From: Prochlorococcus sp. AG-402-P18 | GTDB lineage: Bacteria > Cyanobacteriota > Cyanobacteriia > PCC-6307 > Cyanobiaceae | DNA: 64,000 nucleotides | Direction: 5' to 3' | Assembly: GCA_003216275.1 (NCBI GenBank) | Contig: QCJC01000001.1 | Span: forward strand, 192,787-256,786 | Shown here: positions 61,321 to 64,000 of the stretch, piece by piece | Position numbering within the stretch: position 1 is the stretch's first letter | How the letters are laid out: each line of letters begins with the position of its first letter | Made by a program: the position numbers and the translations under genes | Notes under the pieces: model-generated | What the model was told of the DNA's origin: nothing | The model's database searches: none | Seen by the model: the letters and a program-made list of their open reading frames with translations, nothing else

Positions 61321-62634
61321 TTATTGTCCAATACCAAAGAATGAATTGAATATGAATAATAAACTAAAGACTGAGAGGAATGAAATCCCAAACCAGCAAA
61401 TTGTTTTTAGAACAATTCCATAACGAAATTGACTTTTTACTAATGAGCTATTCATAGTATCCATAGCCATCCATGCAAACAAAGGAGCTGTCAGGAAACT
61501 ACCGGTCATCGCCCCGAAGACATAGTCTTTAACGCCAATTCCTCCAGATTTGGCAATAAGAAGTGCACAAAGTGATGCAAAAACATGAAATATGATCCAT
61601 TTTTTGAGACGTTTCTTTTCAGTCAAAGTAGAGATATTTCCCTTGTCTGTGCGAGCTATCAAGCCATGAGCTGATGAGATGCTCCTGGGATATGCATCTA
61701 GACATGTAAGCGTGGTACTAAACATTGCTGCAAAAGCTGCAGGTACAATGATCCACTTTGCCCATCCACCAATAGATTCTGTATACAAGCGGATTAAATT
61801 CTGAGCAAAACTAACTCCTGATCCTGAAAGCATTTCATCGCCAGTACCATACATTGTGTATGCACCAAGAATTAGAAAGAAAATAGCAGTTAAAACAGTG
61901 ATGGAATATCCAAGATTGAAATCAAATTCTGCTTCTTTCAGCGTTGCGGTGTGATTTGTCTCTTTAGCTTTTGAGAACATCCACAATGAAGGCCATATAC
62001 AAAGCTCTACTGGACCAGGCATCCAACCCATAAGAGGAATTAGAAAACCAAGGTTTGATAGAGTCCACGGGGAAGGACTACTGTTCAAGATTGAAATATT
62101 GATATCTCCAGCAGGGCCTTTAATAAGTAAAGATATAACAGCAAAAAATGTTAATACAGTAAGCAAAAACACAAGAAATTTAGATATCCTATCAAGAGCT
62201 TTATATTGGCCTATAAATAATATTAATGAACAGATTATTAGTATCCCTATGGCTAAATCTAAAGCAGGAAAGGTTGAAAAAATTACTATATTTTTTAAAA
62301 GGAGACCTGTAACAAAGCTAACGGCAGAGATAGTAAAGGTTCCTGTAATTAAACCAACTATTAAATATATAGGTAAATAAAATTTATTACGTTTTTGAAA
62401 TCCCTCTAAAAGTGATAATCCAGTAACAGCAGTAAATCTTGTTCCGACAAGTAAAAATGGATACTTAACTAGATTTGTTAATAAAATAAGGCCAATAAGC
62501 GAAAATCCAAATTTGGCGCCCGCTGTAGTCGATGACATTAGGTGTGACCCGCCTATGCATGCTGCAGCTAAGAGGATTCCAGGACCAAGGCTTTTTCGAT
62601 AACCCATGGATTTATTTGAAACTACTTTTTCCAT
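61321..62634 (-). CDS. NRAMP-related cation transporter
   Basis: GPGILLAAACIGGSHL, GWMP, AMFSTTLTCLDAYPR; about 11 TMs. Confidence 0.8.
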   Translation of the reverse strand: MEKVVSNKSMGYRKSLGPGILLAAACIGGSHLMSSTTAGAKFGFSLIGLILLTNLVKYPFLLVGTRFTAVTGLSLLEGFQKRNKFYLPIYLIVGLITGTFTISAVSFVTGLLLKNIVIFSTFPALDLAIGILIICSLILFIGQYKALDRISKFLVFLLTVLTFFAVISLLIKGPAGDINISILNSSPSPWTLSNLGFLIPLMGWMPGPVELCIWPSLWMFSKAKETNHTATLKEAEFDFNLGYSITVLTAIFFLILGAYTMYGTGDEMLSGSGVSFAQNLIRLYTESIGGWAKWIIVPAAFAAMFSTTLTCLDAYPRSISSAHGLIARTDKGNISTLTEKKRLKKWIIFHVFASLCALLIAKSGGIGVKDYVFGAMTGSFLTAPLFAWMAMDTMNSSLVKSQFRYGIVLKTICWFGISFLSVFSLLFIFNSFFGIGQ

Positions 62635-62783
62635 TTATTTGTGAAGTTATTTTTATTTTTACAATAAAAATAATTTTTTCAATTTAACTACATAAAGATT
62701 ATTATTTTATAGTTAGATATCTTTTTATTAAATTGGCTTTTATTAAGTCCTATTTATTGCATAGAGTCTATAGACTTTAACTA

Positions 62784-63290
62784 ATGACTAAATCTGTTAA
62801 TCTATATTTGGCATCAGGACTAAGTGAGGATAAAAGCTTTTGGGTTATTAACTTTACTGAGGATGACTATATTTTTAATTCTTCAAGTGTTGAATTGCTT
62901 GAGTGCTATAGAAAGGAATTATTTGGTCTTGAAGGTGCAATAGAAGTTAAAGAAGCAATTACTGAAACATTGGATATCCTTTCTTTTGATTCAAAATTTG
63001 ATCGATATGAATTAGATCATAATAATACTGGTTATTCTTCAGAAATTCCCATTAATATCATTGAAGATATCTTCGACCTATGGGCTTATAATTATAATAA
63101 TGAGATTTTATGGAAGAAATATATAGGTTTATTGAACTTTAGGAAAAAAATCAAAATAAATAATGATTATATAAATATAGGTCTAAAAGGTAATACTTAT
63201 GAATTTGCTATAAAATTAAATAAATTATTAAGCTATAGACAAATTAATTCATCATTTAAGTTAAATAGATCTAATGAATTAATGTGGTGA
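62784..63290 (+). CDS. Conserved hypothetical protein
   Basis: 168-aa ORF; LLECYRKELF and IEDIFDLW motifs. Confidence 0.6.
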   Translation: MTKSVNLYLASGLSEDKSFWVINFTEDDYIFNSSSVELLECYRKELFGLEGAIEVKEAITETLDILSFDSKFDRYELDHNNTGYSSEIPINIIEDIFDLWAYNYNNEILWKKYIGLLNFRKKIKINNDYINIGLKGNTYEFAIKLNKLLSYRQINSSFKLNRSNELMW

Positions 63291-63298
63291 ATCTTTAT

Positions 63299-63685
63299 TT
63301 ATCTTCTAGATTTTAAATATAAATCTTGATCTATTTTAACGGCATTTATATTCTCCCATGGGAAAACAATCCATTCTTTTTCTTTGATATATGAATAGGC
63401 ATTCCACCATGAGGGCTTTATTTTGCTAATCCATACATGAGTTTCTGAACCCTTTAGATGTCTTATCTTTTCAAGCGTAAATCCAGTATCATAAATGTCA
63501 TCAACGATAAGTGTATTGTTTTTTGGTTCGTCGAGTAATGGTAACCCAAGCGAATGACTTAATGCTACAGCAAGACATAATCCACCTCTTGGGAATCCAT
63601 AAACTCCCTCAAAACTTTTGTTTTTACATTGATTGGATATTGAAAATACACATTTTTCAAATTCGATCCAGCTTAATTTATTCAT
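63299..63685 (-). CDS. Short type I phosphoribosyltransferase (Gpt/Hpt-like)
   Basis: GFPRGG, LIVDDIYDTGFT, WIVFPWE. Confidence 0.88.
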   Translation of the reverse strand: MNKLSWIEFEKCVFSISNQCKNKSFEGVYGFPRGGLCLAVALSHSLGLPLLDEPKNNTLIVDDIYDTGFTLEKIRHLKGSETHVWISKIKPSWWNAYSYIKEKEWIVFPWENINAVKIDQDLYLKSRR

Positions 63686-63728
63686 TTATAGGCTATTAAT
63701 TATATTCAATTCTCTTAAGTTTTCTCTG

Positions 63729-63848
63729 CTAAAACTTCCTAGACAGACTGTAGTAGCCCATAAAGCCGCCTATCGTTAATATGCCAGCTATTGGTGCTGA
63801 TAGATTTAACGGTGTTGCCCATTCGTGAACCATCAAAGAAGCTAACAT
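63729..63848 (-). CDS. Possible 39-aa single-TM protein (alternative frame to ORF-track 63739-63921)
   Basis: MLASLMVHEWATPLNLSAPIAGILTIGGFMGYYSLSRKF*. Confidence 0.4.
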   Translation of the reverse strand: MLASLMVHEWATPLNLSAPIAGILTIGGFMGYYSLSRKF

Positions 63849-64000
63849 AACTAATCCCTATTAGATATTTATAAAATACTACATCAAACATTGTTTTTTT
63901 TTTATGTTTGAAATAATTCACAACTATATTAAGTTAACTGGTTACCCAGGATATTACCTGTTTTGAATTATCTTTTGATTTAATGTATAGATAAGTCTCT

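Overview
AT-rich, gene-dense chromosomal segment of a marine picocyanobacterium. It is almost certainly Prochlorococcus, and probably a low-light NATL-like (LLI) lineage, inferred from the pcb antenna gene, Prochlorococcus-type chlorophyll b synthase, alpha-cyanobacterial PRK and gene order. Positions 1-43.8 kb are mostly core genes: carbon metabolism (rpe, glpX, glgC, gnd, pgl, a eukaryote-type class I aldolase, prk), biosynthesis (hemA, ilvD, purSQ, accD, leuB, lpxD, proB, hisA, pgsA) and an iron/antenna cluster (futC, ferritin, Crp-family regulator, pcb, cao) with Fur-like boxes. About 44.6-48.4 kb is an integrase-less island hanging off the 3' end of an initiator tRNA-Met gene. It holds four tRNA fragments, a ~230 bp degenerate direct repeat, and three co-oriented unknown cargo genes (acidic protein, DUF4116 repeat protein, J-domain-less DnaJ_C fusion). 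An orphan terminator/sRNA candidate lies just outside its left boundary. The right part carries carB, then a compact acsF + FdC2-type ferredoxin + divergent Ycf54-like trio that may be an unrecognised second chlorophyll cyclase module, an ABC-2 exporter and an NRAMP-like transporter. All assignments come from reading motifs by eye and from recalled family knowledge; no searches were run.
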